64,000 nt of DNA, from NCBI GenBank assembly GCA_919902985.1, contig CAKKSC010000007.1:16749-80748 (forward strand). The letters are read 5' to 3'. The stretch's first letter is position 1; each line of letters opens with the position of its first letter. The DNA comes from Desulfuromonadales bacterium. Lineage in GTDB: Bacteria; Desulfobacterota; JAENJC01. A model generated the notes under the pieces. That model saw only the letters and a list, made by a program, of their open reading frames with translations. It ran no database searches and was not told the DNA's origin. Below are positions 1 to 9,699 of the stretch, one piece after another. Both the position numbers and the translations under genes were made by a program.

Positions 1-15
1 AATTACAATGCCACC

Positions 16-669
16 ATGAGTGCAGCGGCGCCTATTGCATGTCTCACGCAACGTTACATTTCCGCGAAGAGTGAAGTTGCCCATGACTACACAGCCCCAG
101 TCTCTGCTGTTCTTGTCCCGGCATCCGGCAGGGCAAACCTTCTCATGAAAGAATATAAACGTTTCTTTCAGGCAAGACAGCTCCTTGTTTACTCTTCTTT
201 CTTGTTCCTTATATCCTCTTTTATAGGGGCGGGGTATGCTGCATATTCAACAAGTAAAATCGGTGAAATGAAAAAGCGGCTGATCTCTGCGAGGAAGACC
301 CTTCCCGGCATAGAAGGGATTATAACAGCGTACGACAGCAAAAATGAGGAGTTAAACCGCTATGCCCCTTATCTTGCCTTGATAAATAGTTCTGCTTCAA
401 TTCCTGACCTCCAGGGTTTCCTCTATTTGCTCTCAAAGTTGAATATGGACAGTGTTCAACTTGTCTCCATATCCGTGACACCCGGAGAGCGTGTCCTTCA
501 TTCCGAACTGAAAGGGAGCGTAAAATCAGATAGTTATGGGGATGCTCAAAGGGATTACCAACTCCTTGTTGATCGGATAGGCAAATTGAAGGGGGTTGCT
601 GTTACAGATCATAGTCTCGACTTAATAAAGAAGGAGTTCCAGATAAAGGCGGACTTCAATGATTTATGA
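16..669 (+). CDS. pilus assembly inner-membrane protein, PilN/MshI-like (may extend upstream of window)
   Basis: 217 aa. One central TM segment follows a 50-aa cytoplasmic N-terminus, then a periplasmic domain. First gene of a run: PilO-like, PilP-like, secretin, GspE, GspF. No in-frame stop upstream, so it may be 5'-partial. Confidence 0.4.
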   Translation: MSAAAPIACLTQRYISAKSEVAHDYTAPVSAVLVPASGRANLLMKEYKRFFQARQLLVYSSFLFLISSFIGAGYAAYSTSKIGEMKKRLISARKTLPGIEGIITAYDSKNEELNRYAPYLALINSSASIPDLQGFLYLLSKLNMDSVQLVSISVTPGERVLHSELKGSVKSDSYGDAQRDYQLLVDRIGKLKGVAVTDHSLDLIKKEFQIKADFNDL

Positions 670-1207
670 GAGACTGAAAAAAAATCTGATATACTACCTC
701 CTGACCGGTATTGTCCTGGGGGTTGTAGTTATTGCCGTTGTTTTGATCGGGAAATATGAGGAGAATCTCGCCCAAAGCATTGACAGCTTTGAGAGGATAA
801 GGATGAATTCGATAAGGATGTCAAAGGCTACAGAGGAGAAGGAAAGGATAATCAGGGATATAAAAGAGCTGCTCCCTGCCAGGTATCACTCTACAAGTAA
901 TGAAGAGCTTCTTTTATCAGCGATTGATAGTATAAAGGCCAATATTAGAGGATGTGATATAACGATTGCAAACATTGAAAAAAAGGGAGGAGAGTTAACC
1001 CTTCCGGTCAGCATAAGGATATCTTCTGACAGTTACGGTATGCTGGTCGACAGGGTCGGGTTCCTGCAAGGTCTGACTTACCCTCATTTCAGGGTGGAGA
1101 GTATCCTTATCGAGCGGTCGGAAGAAATGGGAGGCCTCATCTGCAAGATTTCCGGGGCATTTACAATCCCTGCCGAAAAGGTCGAGGGTGAGAGACATAA
1201 TGGATAA
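659..1207 (+). CDS. PilO/MshJ-like pilus assembly protein
   Basis: 182 aa with N-terminal TM helix (LIYYLLTGIVLGVVVIAVVLIG) and periplasmic coiled-coil. Position between PilN-like and PilP-like genes. Confidence 0.4.
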   Translation: MIYERLKKNLIYYLLTGIVLGVVVIAVVLIGKYEENLAQSIDSFERIRMNSIRMSKATEEKERIIRDIKELLPARYHSTSNEELLLSAIDSIKANIRGCDITIANIEKKGGELTLPVSIRISSDSYGMLVDRVGFLQGLTYPHFRVESILIERSEEMGGLICKISGAFTIPAEKVEGERHNG

Positions 1208-1688
1208 TATCTTAAAGATCAAGATTGCCTTTCCTTTTTTGTTTGTTGCTATCGGTTTATTCGCTGTAAGGTTTATTGATTACAAGCTGGTGCTCAACCC
1301 TTCCGAGATGCGGATAGCTGATTTTGTCCAGGAGGAGGTCTTGCTTCAGGCAAAGAGAGATCGCCCCGTTATAGCTGCTAATCTGAAGAGTCCCATAGAA
1401 ATGCCGTCTTCACCAGCGAACGGGTTCCCCCCGGTGCCTTTGGATCAGCTTGTTCCGCAGCAGGGTAAGCCAGAGGCTGATTCCCCTGAATTCAAGGTTA
1501 CGATGATCGTCATTGGCGCTAAAACAAGAATGGCGATTCTAAATGGGTCGGTTGTCATGGAGGGAAGTTTTGTTGATAAGGTGGTTGTGAAAAGGATAGA
1601 AAAAGACAGGGTACTGCTTGCCGAGCATGATGTAAAAAGCGGTAAGCTCAGTCCCGTTTGGTTTTCTCTGGAGGGGACAAAGAAATGA
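1188..1688 (+). CDS. PilP/MshK-like pilus assembly protein
   Basis: 166 aa with N-terminal TM. C-terminal beta-domain (RMAILNGSVVMEGSFVDKVVVKRIEKDRVLL) typical of PilP/GspC-type proteins that contact secretins. Overlaps the secretin start by ATGA. Confidence 0.4.
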   Translation: MRDIMDNILKIKIAFPFLFVAIGLFAVRFIDYKLVLNPSEMRIADFVQEEVLLQAKRDRPVIAANLKSPIEMPSSPANGFPPVPLDQLVPQQGKPEADSPEFKVTMIVIGAKTRMAILNGSVVMEGSFVDKVVVKRIEKDRVLLAEHDVKSGKLSPVWFSLEGTKK

Positions 1689-3292
1689 TAAAGAGAAGAT
1701 GGTGTCTGCTGATACCGATAGTTTTGGCTTGCAGCGCATGTGCCACAAGCAGGAAGGCTGAAGGTCCGACGGCTGCAAAAGAGGAGAAATTAAATACTTC
1801 TGCTGACGGTTCCGGGACGGAACAGAGTGGCAGTGAGAAAGTAGCTGGGGAGGTTGCCGTCAATCCGGCTTTATCGGTGCCGGAGTTCGTCCCTCTTTCG
1901 GAGGACCTCTCGCCCTTAAAGACAAGGATAGTTTCAATCTCTGCACGCAGCACTCCACTAAAGGACGTCCTTTTCGTGGTTTCCGAGGCGACAAGACTCA
2001 ATGTTATCATGGATGCAGGGGTGAACCCTGAGCTTCCAGTGACACTTGTGTTGAATAACGTAAGCGCCGAGGATGCCCTGAATATGGTCTCTTCATCCGC
2101 CGGCTATTTTTATTCGATCAAGGGGAATGTGCTTACAGTGAAGGCGCTGGATACTATGATGTTTGAGTTTGGGCAGCCCTCGGTCATACAGGATTATGCC
2201 GTGAATGTTGGCGGAGATATATTGGGTGGGTCTTCAGGGACTACGGGGGGGACCAGCGGCATTAAGGGAAATGTTTCACAGTCGGTGCAATCTGACAAAG
2301 ACGCTACCAAATTATGGGATTCCATAGAGAAGACCATAGGAAGCCTCGTCGGGGCGACGGTATCTTCTTCAACTTCTGCATCCTCTGCTCCTGGTCTTCA
2401 GGCCGCATCTGCAAAAGCCGAACAGCCTCATATAAATGTCAACAGGATGACCGGGACCATAGTTGTTACAGCTGCAAAGAAAGACCTGGAAAAGGTAGAG
2501 GACTATTTGACACGTCTCAAGAAGATCCTTGGCCGTCAGGTGATTATCGAGGCAAGGGTCGTAGAGGTTCAGTTGTCCGATGGGCTCAAATACGGGATTG
2601 ACTGGACTTCCATCAACGCCCTGAATGTGGCCGGAACTACGAGCGTAGGAACCAGTAACTTCACAAATGTATTAGACAAGAGCCTTCCATCTTTTAACAT
2701 CGGGGTCACAAGGAACAACTTCAATGCGGTATTAACTGCCCTTAATCAACAGGGGAACATAAAGACCCTTTCCAACCCAAGGGTAAATATAATGAATGGT
2801 CAGACGGCCCTGTTGAGTGTTGGCCGCAATACTAATTTTATCTCAAAGGTGGAGACTACGACTACACCAGGGAGTTCAGGAACAGCAGCTACAACAACTT
2901 TTTCAGTCACGACCCAGAACGTCCTGTCAGGAGTCATGATCGGCATGGCCCCCATCGTCAACGAAAACGGAGAGATCTCTATGGCCATTACACCTATAAT
3001 CTCTGACCTTGTGAAGCTGGAGGACAGGACTGTCGGGACTGTTGGACAGAACACAATTCAGATATCCCTGCCCACTGTTGATCTGAGGGAGCTGAATACA
3101 ACAGTTAAGATAAAAGACGGTGAAATGGTCATTATCGGAGGGCTCATACAGAACAGAGACAGGACCCAGGACAATCAGGTCCCGTTTCTGGGACGGATAC
3201 CAATTCTTGGATATCTCTTCAAAAGCAGGGAGGTGATCAAGGAGAAGACAGAGCTTGTAATAATGCTTAAACCAACGGTGGTGGTCTTCTGA
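1685..3292 (+). CDS. secretin (MshL/PilQ/GspD family) lipoprotein
   Basis: Signal peptide with lipobox (VLACSAC). C-terminal secretin signature IIGGLIQNRDRTQDNQVPFLGRIPILGYLFKSR...ELVIMLKPTVV. Start moved to ATG 1685, which overlaps the upstream stop. Confidence 0.85.
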   Translation: MIKRRWCLLIPIVLACSACATSRKAEGPTAAKEEKLNTSADGSGTEQSGSEKVAGEVAVNPALSVPEFVPLSEDLSPLKTRIVSISARSTPLKDVLFVVSEATRLNVIMDAGVNPELPVTLVLNNVSAEDALNMVSSSAGYFYSIKGNVLTVKALDTMMFEFGQPSVIQDYAVNVGGDILGGSSGTTGGTSGIKGNVSQSVQSDKDATKLWDSIEKTIGSLVGATVSSSTSASSAPGLQAASAKAEQPHINVNRMTGTIVVTAAKKDLEKVEDYLTRLKKILGRQVIIEARVVEVQLSDGLKYGIDWTSINALNVAGTTSVGTSNFTNVLDKSLPSFNIGVTRNNFNAVLTALNQQGNIKTLSNPRVNIMNGQTALLSVGRNTNFISKVETTTTPGSSGTAATTTFSVTTQNVLSGVMIGMAPIVNENGEISMAITPIISDLVKLEDRTVGTVGQNTIQISLPTVDLRELNTTVKIKDGEMVIIGGLIQNRDRTQDNQVPFLGRIPILGYLFKSREVIKEKTELVIMLKPTVVVF

Positions 3293-3293
3293 T

Positions 3294-4943
3294 ATGGCGC
3301 TGAGACTTGGAGAGCTGTTAAAGTCAAAGGGTTTTGTATCCGACGCCCAGTTGAACGTGGCAATGGCACAGCAGACCATAACAGGAGACCTCCTGGGCGA
3401 CACGCTTGTAAAGCTTGCCTTTGTCTCTTCGAGGGAAATGGCCCAGGTACTTGCAGAGCAGGCGGGGACGGAGTTCCTCGACCTCTTTGAATACCCGCCA
3501 ACGGACGAGGCCCTGCGCCTTGTCCCCAGGGACATAGCAGAAAAGACAGGGTTCCTGCCACTCAGTGTTGGGGAAAAGGGGATAGCTATTGGGGTTACAA
3601 ACCTGACTAACATTCTTGCCATAGATACTGCTGCCAAGCTCACCGGTAAGCCTCCCAGGGTTTATATGGTGGATTCAGACAGTTTTTATGCAACCCTTGA
3701 GCGGGCCTATTATTTTCTTGAAAATCCAATACATAAGCGTATAGATGCCATAGTCAACGATATAAAAAACGCAGTCGCCCAGACAGCAGCAACCGTCGCG
3801 TCTCTTTCCGAAATGATAATAATGGACGGCATTAAAAGAAATGCGACAGATATCCATATCATGCCGGCGGCAGAGACAGTCCATATCCTTTACAGGATAG
3901 ACGGAGTGCTTCAACATGCCAGATGCCTTCCAAGAAGCACGCAGAATGGAATTGTGTCGAGGATAAAGATCCTTTCCCAGTTAGACATTGCGGAGCAGAG
4001 GCTCCCCCAGGACGGGTCTTTTACTTTTTCCTTCCTTAGCAGAAAGTATGATATGCGTATCTCTACAATCCCCACAATATATGGAGAGAACGTTGTCATC
4101 AGGGTCCTTGGCGGGTCAGGTCTTCTTCTACGCATATCAAGCCTTGGGTTTGATGAGCAGGACACGGAGAGACTGAAACTCCTGTTCTCAAAGCCTTACG
4201 GGATAATCCTGATTACCGGACCCACCGGTAGCGGTAAGACCACTACCCTTTATGCTGCGTTAAGGGAGATTGACCTTCTTGAAAAGAATGTCATAACTGT
4301 TGAAGACCCGGTTGAATACAAGTTGAGCTTTGTGCGGCAAACTGAAGTAAACGAAAAGGCCGGGTACGATTTTGCCCTGGCAGGCAGGAACTTCATGCGT
4401 CAGGACCCGGACGTGATCCTCCTGGGTGAGATAAGGGACGAGGAGACGTCGAAGATTGCCATACGGTCGTCCATTACGGGACATCTGGTCCTCGCTACAC
4501 TCCATACTAACGATGCCGTCACATCAATACCCCGTCTTGTGGACCTTAATGTTGACAGGTATCTCTTATCTGCTTCCATCCTTGCTGTGGTTGCCCAGAG
4601 GCTGGTGCGAAAGATATGCATGAACTGCAAGGCCGAGGTTGATATAGAAAATGGTTATTTAAGGTCTATCGGACTTCCAGACCTGGAGGGAAAGGTAAAG
4701 AAGGCCCACAAAGGCGCTGGCTGTGTCCTGTGTAGCCATACAGGATATGCAGGCAGGATATCTATAGGAGAAATACTCATTGTTAACGATGAAATAAAGG
4801 AACTGATATATTCAGGGGCTTCCGTGCAGGCAATAAAGGAAGCTGCCTCAAGAAACGGCATGAAGACACTCAGGGATGCGGGTATAAGGAAGGCCATTGC
4901 AGGGATTACGACCTTTGAAGATGTGGTAAGGGTGGCAGGCTGA
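3294..4943 (+). CDS. type IV filament assembly ATPase, GspE/MshE/PilB family
   Basis: Walker A LITGPTGSGKTTTLYAAL. Asp/His boxes and tetracysteine motif (CMNCK...CVLCSHTGYAGR). N-terminal GSPII_E_N domain with an RLGELL...motif that resembles the MshEN c-di-GMP-binding motif. Confidence 0.9.
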   Translation: MALRLGELLKSKGFVSDAQLNVAMAQQTITGDLLGDTLVKLAFVSSREMAQVLAEQAGTEFLDLFEYPPTDEALRLVPRDIAEKTGFLPLSVGEKGIAIGVTNLTNILAIDTAAKLTGKPPRVYMVDSDSFYATLERAYYFLENPIHKRIDAIVNDIKNAVAQTAATVASLSEMIIMDGIKRNATDIHIMPAAETVHILYRIDGVLQHARCLPRSTQNGIVSRIKILSQLDIAEQRLPQDGSFTFSFLSRKYDMRISTIPTIYGENVVIRVLGGSGLLLRISSLGFDEQDTERLKLLFSKPYGIILITGPTGSGKTTTLYAALREIDLLEKNVITVEDPVEYKLSFVRQTEVNEKAGYDFALAGRNFMRQDPDVILLGEIRDEETSKIAIRSSITGHLVLATLHTNDAVTSIPRLVDLNVDRYLLSASILAVVAQRLVRKICMNCKAEVDIENGYLRSIGLPDLEGKVKKAHKGAGCVLCSHTGYAGRISIGEILIVNDEIKELIYSGASVQAIKEAASRNGMKTLRDAGIRKAIAGITTFEDVVRVAG

Positions 4944-6154
4944 TGCCTAATTTCTCATTTAAGGCAGTAGATTCTAACGGTGCTCTGGTAAGAGGCTCCA
5001 TAGAGGCCTCTGATCTGGAAGCGGCCGCCGAAACTATTTTTCACGGCGGGCTTAACGTTCTTGAAATAAGAAAAGCGAACGAACTTCTTGCATCGATCAG
5101 AAAAAGATACCTTGCCAGAACCATAAAGAGAAAGGACATTATTGAGTTTGCAAATAACCTTTCCGTGATGTTAAAGACAGGTGTTCCCATTGTTACAGCC
5201 CTTTACGACATAGCTGAAACAACGGACAACGTTTATCTGAGGCGAAACATCCAGAATATAGGCCACCTGGTTGAATACGGCTCAAGATTTTCTGATGCAG
5301 TGTCCCTTCACAAAGATATATTCCCGGAGGTATTTATTCATCTTGTGGTAGTTGGCGAGGAGACTGGGGGACTGGATAAAAGTCTTGCTGATCTGGCAAT
5401 GCATCTGGGAAAGATGGATGATCTGGCCGAAGCGATAAAGAGCGCCTTGATGTATCCGACCTTTGCCATTATTACCACAACCGGGGCCCTTCTTTTCTGG
5501 CTGAAGTTTGTATTGCCGGGTACTATGAGCATGTTTAAGGGCATGGGTGTGGCCCTTCCCCTTCCAACGAGGATACTCCTTCAGATGAGTAATTTTACCG
5601 AATCCTACTGGTATCTTATGCTTATGACTCCATTTGCCCTTTTTACCCTGGTAATGGCGATGAATAGAAGAGCGGAAACCAGATATTACATTGATGCGGC
5701 CAAGATCAAGATGCCAGTAATGAAGCACATCGTTTACAATAAACTCCTGGCCCTGTATGCTGAGCAGATGCGTATACTCAGCGTCGCAGGAATAACTGTC
5801 ACCAGGTCCATGGACATAGTAGCCAGGATTATAGGGAACGAGGTTTTCAGGTTGGCCATAGAGGGGTCTCTGCAGGACATTTCAGCCGGGAGCGGGATAT
5901 CGGAAGCCATGAAAAAGCGGGAGGTCTTCCCAAAGATGATGACCAGGATGGTCTTTATAGGGGAATCCAGTGGAAGCCTTGATGAGCAGTTTGGCTACCT
6001 CTCTGAGTACTACCTGAAGAGGTTGGACGATGTAGCCGAGAGGATTGGCAAAATGATTGAGCCGATAGTCATAGTCGTCATAGGGTTGATGTTTGTATTT
6101 ATGATTATAGGCCTGCTGTTGCCGATATACGACCTGGTAACGAAGATGAAGTAG
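4943..6154 (+). CDS. type IV filament platform protein, GspF/PilC/MshG family
   Basis: 403 aa. Two GspF repeats and three TM segments. Directly follows the ATPase. Confidence 0.85.
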   Translation: MPNFSFKAVDSNGALVRGSIEASDLEAAAETIFHGGLNVLEIRKANELLASIRKRYLARTIKRKDIIEFANNLSVMLKTGVPIVTALYDIAETTDNVYLRRNIQNIGHLVEYGSRFSDAVSLHKDIFPEVFIHLVVVGEETGGLDKSLADLAMHLGKMDDLAEAIKSALMYPTFAIITTTGALLFWLKFVLPGTMSMFKGMGVALPLPTRILLQMSNFTESYWYLMLMTPFALFTLVMAMNRRAETRYYIDAAKIKMPVMKHIVYNKLLALYAEQMRILSVAGITVTRSMDIVARIIGNEVFRLAIEGSLQDISAGSGISEAMKKREVFPKMMTRMVFIGESSGSLDEQFGYLSEYYLKRLDDVAERIGKMIEPIVIVVIGLMFVFMIIGLLLPIYDLVTKMK

Positions 6155-6167
6155 GGCACGATCTTGA

Positions 6168-6252
6168 AAATCCCCCTTAATCCCCCTTTTCCAAAGGGGG
6201 AAAAGTTAGGTCCCCCTCTTTGGCAAAGAGGGGTTAGGGGAGATTTTTGGAG
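6168..6252. repeat. poly-C/poly-G tandem hairpin repeat, copy a
   Basis: CCCCCTTTtccAAAGGGGG followed by CCCCTCTTTggcAAAGAGGGG, then AGGGGAGATTTT. Intergenic between gspF and the exeA-like gene. Confidence 0.7.
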
Positions 6253-6260
6253 TAGACTAA

Positions 6261-7175
6261 ATGAATATTCTCGAATTCTTCGGATTAAAGGAAGATCCGT
6301 TCAGGCTGACGCCGGATCCTGCCTATTTCTTCCCTTCCACAGGGCACAATGAAGCCTTGCAGTCCCTAAACTACCTGGTGGAGCAGAGAGAAGGATTTGG
6401 TCTCGTCTCCGGGGAGCCTGGAACAGGGAAGACCACCCTTATCAGTGTCTTTATGGAAAGCTGGAAGGACAAGGCGGAGATCGCCATGATACTCACTCCT
6501 CGCTTGTCTCCTGAAGAGTTTCTAATGTCTGTCCTGGACGACTTAAATGTAAAGTCTGAAAAAACAAATAAGAACGATATACTGAAGGCCTTCCGGGACT
6601 TCCTTGTGGACAGGTCTCAGGCCGGCCGGCCTGTGATTATCATCGTTGATGAGGCCCAGAACCTTCCTGATGAGACCCTTGAAGAGCTGAGGCTCCTTTC
6701 CAACCTTGAGACCGATAAAAACAAGCTCCTGCAGATAATCCTGATGGGTCAGCCGGAGATTAACGAAAGGCTGCGGCAAAACAATTTCCGCCAGTTGAAC
6801 CAGAGGATCACAGTCAGAATAAGGCTTTACCCTCTTTCCACTGAGGAGGCCCTGGACTACATTAACTACAGGCTTATCAAGGCAGGAAAGGGGTTTTTAA
6901 GGATGGATGAGAAGCTGAAGAAGCCAATCCACAGACATTCAGCGGGAGTCCCAAGGTTAATCAATATCCTTTCATCGCGGGCAATTATGATTGCCTATCT
7001 TGAGGGCAGCAATGTGGTAAGCAAGAAGCACGTTATGTATGCCGTGAGGCATCTCAGGGAAGACCAGGAAATGCCTGAGAGCAGGTTGTCTCCTTACAAT
7101 GCATTGATATATATGATCCCGGCGGCGATGCTTCTTTTAGTCGGGTATTATGCAATAGTTAGATGGAAAGGATAG
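6261..7175 (+). CDS. ExeA/GspA/MshM-like AAA ATPase
   Basis: N-terminal FFGLKEDPFRLTPDPAYFF motif and Walker A GEPGTGKTT, both characteristic of the ExeA/MshM family. 304 aa, with no peptidoglycan-binding C-terminal extension. Confidence 0.7.
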   Translation: MNILEFFGLKEDPFRLTPDPAYFFPSTGHNEALQSLNYLVEQREGFGLVSGEPGTGKTTLISVFMESWKDKAEIAMILTPRLSPEEFLMSVLDDLNVKSEKTNKNDILKAFRDFLVDRSQAGRPVIIIVDEAQNLPDETLEELRLLSNLETDKNKLLQIILMGQPEINERLRQNNFRQLNQRITVRIRLYPLSTEEALDYINYRLIKAGKGFLRMDEKLKKPIHRHSAGVPRLINILSSRAIMIAYLEGSNVVSKKHVMYAVRHLREDQEMPESRLSPYNALIYMIPAAMLLLVGYYAIVRWKG

Positions 7176-7178
7176 TTT

Positions 7179-8093
7179 TTACGGCATCCGTTCTAATCTC
7201 TGCATACCCAGTTCACCGTTTTTATCCCCCAGCTTCCTGAGTCTCGAGAAATAATCCCTTGCCTGATCGTATCTCTTCTCCCTTTCATAAAGAAGGGCAA
7301 TGTTCAGCAGGGCCGACTGGCTGGTTCCGTCAATGGAGATGGCCTTCAGAAGAGAGTTTTCAGCCTCTATGTTTTCCCCTGTTTTAGCGGATACAATCGC
7401 CGAATTGACCAGGGCAGGGATATAATCCGATCTGATATTCAATGAATTCTTCAGATATCCGGCTGCCTCATCATGTCTGCCCATTTTTATCAGCAGGGCA
7501 GCGATCTTGTTTATAATCCTGTAGTTATCGGGCTCTATCTCAAGGGCCTTATTATACTCCGATGCTGCGCTTAACAGGTCATCACCTTTTTCATACCCCA
7601 CAGCCGCGTATATGTGCTGTTCTTTTGCCCCTGGGATGTGTTCCTCCTGAATGGGCACAGGATGTTGCATTTCTACCGGTATTTCCGGCTTTCGGGATTC
7701 AATGGCTTCTGTCGGATGTTTGGCAGGTAGTGCTTCAGGTTTTGTGAGAACGTAATGGGTCTTATTTTTAGCCGGTGCTGCGACAGGTTCTATTTTAGGC
7801 GTAGTTGTTGGAAGGGTGGGCTCCACCGGCATGGCAGTCTGATTGATGCCGTCCGCCCTGGTTTCCTGTGATGCAGTGACACTGTCTTTATTTAAGGCGT
7901 AGCGATCAGTCAGATAAATCGCAGCCAGGCCGAGGCCTGTAAATATTGAAATAATGGTTGCGAAGAGGAGTATCTTTCTGCGCCTGGATTCCTCCTGCTT
8001 TATGGCCGAGACGCTGCTGCTGAGGCCGGGATGAACATCCCTCTTGGGTTGCTGCTGTTTTACCCTGGATAATATGTCGGATAGTATGCTCAT
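7179..8093 (-). CDS. TPR-repeat membrane protein (MshN/GspB-like candidate)
   Basis: N-terminal cytoplasmic segment, one TM, Pro-rich linker, C-terminal TPR repeats. Sits next to the ExeA-like gene, as in MSHA loci (mshM-mshN), but on the opposite strand. Confidence 0.5.
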   Translation of the reverse strand: MSILSDILSRVKQQQPKRDVHPGLSSSVSAIKQEESRRRKILLFATIISIFTGLGLAAIYLTDRYALNKDSVTASQETRADGINQTAMPVEPTLPTTTPKIEPVAAPAKNKTHYVLTKPEALPAKHPTEAIESRKPEIPVEMQHPVPIQEEHIPGAKEQHIYAAVGYEKGDDLLSAASEYNKALEIEPDNYRIINKIAALLIKMGRHDEAAGYLKNSLNIRSDYIPALVNSAIVSAKTGENIEAENSLLKAISIDGTSQSALLNIALLYEREKRYDQARDYFSRLRKLGDKNGELGMQRLERMP

Positions 8094-8096
8094 AAA

Positions 8097-8600
8097 TTAG
8101 TCGTTGCTGTCCTTTACACTGAACGAAAGGGATGATGTTGTCCGCTCAGGATTGGCGGCTATTTTCTTATATCCGGTCTTTTGCAACTTCGCGTATTTTT
8201 TTAGCTGATTATAAACTTTCCACGAGTACTTTGTCCTCTTTCCCTTTGATACCGCGTTGTAGCAACCCACAGCCTCCCATGTGTATCCGTGTTTTTTAAC
8301 ACATGTATTAAGTATCCTGGCTCCGGCGCTGACATTGTAACATGGATCACTGATAAGCCTTTGCCGGTCAAGCCCCAGCGGCCTGATCCAGGACGAGTTT
8401 ATCTGCATAAGCCCGATATCAAAAGAACCATCGTGGTTTTTGTGTATGACTTTTGTGTTGAAATTTGATTCCGTCTCAGCTATACTCTGCAAAAGCTTGG
8501 AATTAATGCCGTAGATGCCTTCCTGCTGGCTGAAACAAAAGGCCTGTGCAATGGAAGGTAAAGTCAGTAAAATAGTGATAGTCAGCTTCAAGGTATCCAT
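8097..8600 (-). CDS. lytic transglycosylase (SLT domain)
   Basis: Signal peptide. Catalytic ETESNF (ExESxF-like) motif and GLMQI motif. Confidence 0.8.
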   Translation of the reverse strand: MDTLKLTITILLTLPSIAQAFCFSQQEGIYGINSKLLQSIAETESNFNTKVIHKNHDGSFDIGLMQINSSWIRPLGLDRQRLISDPCYNVSAGARILNTCVKKHGYTWEAVGCYNAVSKGKRTKYSWKVYNQLKKYAKLQKTGYKKIAANPERTTSSLSFSVKDSND

Positions 8601-8723
8601 TCAGGCCGTAAGTTTAGCAGATAACAGGCAAGCAAATCAAGACAATTGCAAACGGTCTCTCCTCGCCGAATGTTTCTATCGGGGATAGAGTTTTAAGAAA
8701 ACCGGATTTTTGATTGACCCATT

Positions 8724-8739
8724 TGGAATAACAATTGCA
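8724..8739 (+). promoter_or_regulatory. candidate sigma-54 (-24/-12) promoter TGGAAT-N5-TTGCA upstream of the major pilin gene
   Basis: GG and GC dinucleotides are spaced exactly as in the TGGCAC-N5-TTGCW consensus. It lies about 50 nt upstream of ATG 8792. Type IV pilin genes are commonly RpoN-dependent. Confidence 0.4.
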
Positions 8740-8791
8740 TATTTCTTTTGTAGCATAGCAATTAAATTCACATGTCTGAAAGGAGAGTCAA

Positions 8792-9448
8792 ATGCAGAGA
8801 ATCAGGAATCAGAAAGGTTTTACCCTGATCGAGTTGTCGATAGTCCTTGTGATTATCGGGATCATCCTCGGGGCTGTGCTGAAGGGCCAGGAGTTGATAA
8901 ATAACTCCAAGGCAAAGAGGATACAGAGTGATTTGAAAGGCATAGAAGCAATGATATGGACCTATTATGACCGTAAAGGTAGATTCCCTGGTGACTGTAA
9001 CTTAGGTGGGACTTATACCTATATTCCACCACTTTTGGCCATCGGGACCGCAACGCCTCCCAGCAATAATGCCGTTCCAACAGCAGATTATTGTGCTACG
9101 GCTGCAACTCTTGAAACGATAAATACCTCATTTTCGGATATGCGCGTATCTCGACTTTTTTCAACTTCAACTCCAAACATTATTCTTGCAAAGCATCAGC
9201 AGGGTGATTACTTTAAAATAGGAAGTACCGCGCTAATTGCAGGCGTTTCGTATAATATAATAGTGACTTACGGTTTGCCGGCATGGATGGCAAAGATGTT
9301 AGATGTAGCGATTGATGGTGCGGAAGATGGAACTGCCGGCAGAATTAGAAATTATTCCGCCGCTCCTGCGTCAGGTACTGCATGGCCTTTGGACACGCTC
9401 AATGACCAGATAGTCTCAATGTCATATTTCTTTGATAAGAACCCATAG
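8792..9448 (+). CDS. type IV major pilin / GspG-like pseudopilin (MshA-like candidate)
   Basis: Prepilin leader and N-methylation motif KGFTLIELSIVLVIIGIILGAV. 218 aa. Followed by a strong stem-loop. Confidence 0.8.
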   Translation: MQRIRNQKGFTLIELSIVLVIIGIILGAVLKGQELINNSKAKRIQSDLKGIEAMIWTYYDRKGRFPGDCNLGGTYTYIPPLLAIGTATPPSNNAVPTADYCATAATLETINTSFSDMRVSRLFSTSTPNIILAKHQQGDYFKIGSTALIAGVSYNIIVTYGLPAWMAKMLDVAIDGAEDGTAGRIRNYSAAPASGTAWPLDTLNDQIVSMSYFFDKNP

Positions 9449-9466
9449 ATTAATGCGTGACGATGT

Positions 9467-9497
9467 AATAGAGGCAGGCCCACTGCCTGCCTCTATT
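9467..9497 (+). terminator. perfect 12-bp stem-loop after the pilin gene (no T-run)
   Basis: AATAGAGGCAGG-cccactg-CCTGCCTCTATT, 19 nt downstream of the pilin stop. Read directly from the sequence. Confidence 0.5.
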
Positions 9498-9699
9498 ATC
9501 AGGCAATCCCATTGTTGACTTTATTAGTAGCAATAATCTCGATTGTTTCCGGCTATTACCTTTTAATATCTACATCACCTGATTTGCCTCTTGATTACGT
9601 TACCCGCAGGGCGATGTGGGGAATCATCCTGACCCTCATCGGAGGGATAATGGCTATGATCCATATTTTCAGACGTTCAAAATGATGGAAATAGAGGAT

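Noticed and set aside
2927-3643. 238-aa minus-strand ORF spanning the secretin/gspE junction
   Set aside because: Overlaps two strongly supported + strand genes (secretin C-terminus and the GspE N-domain). No motifs.
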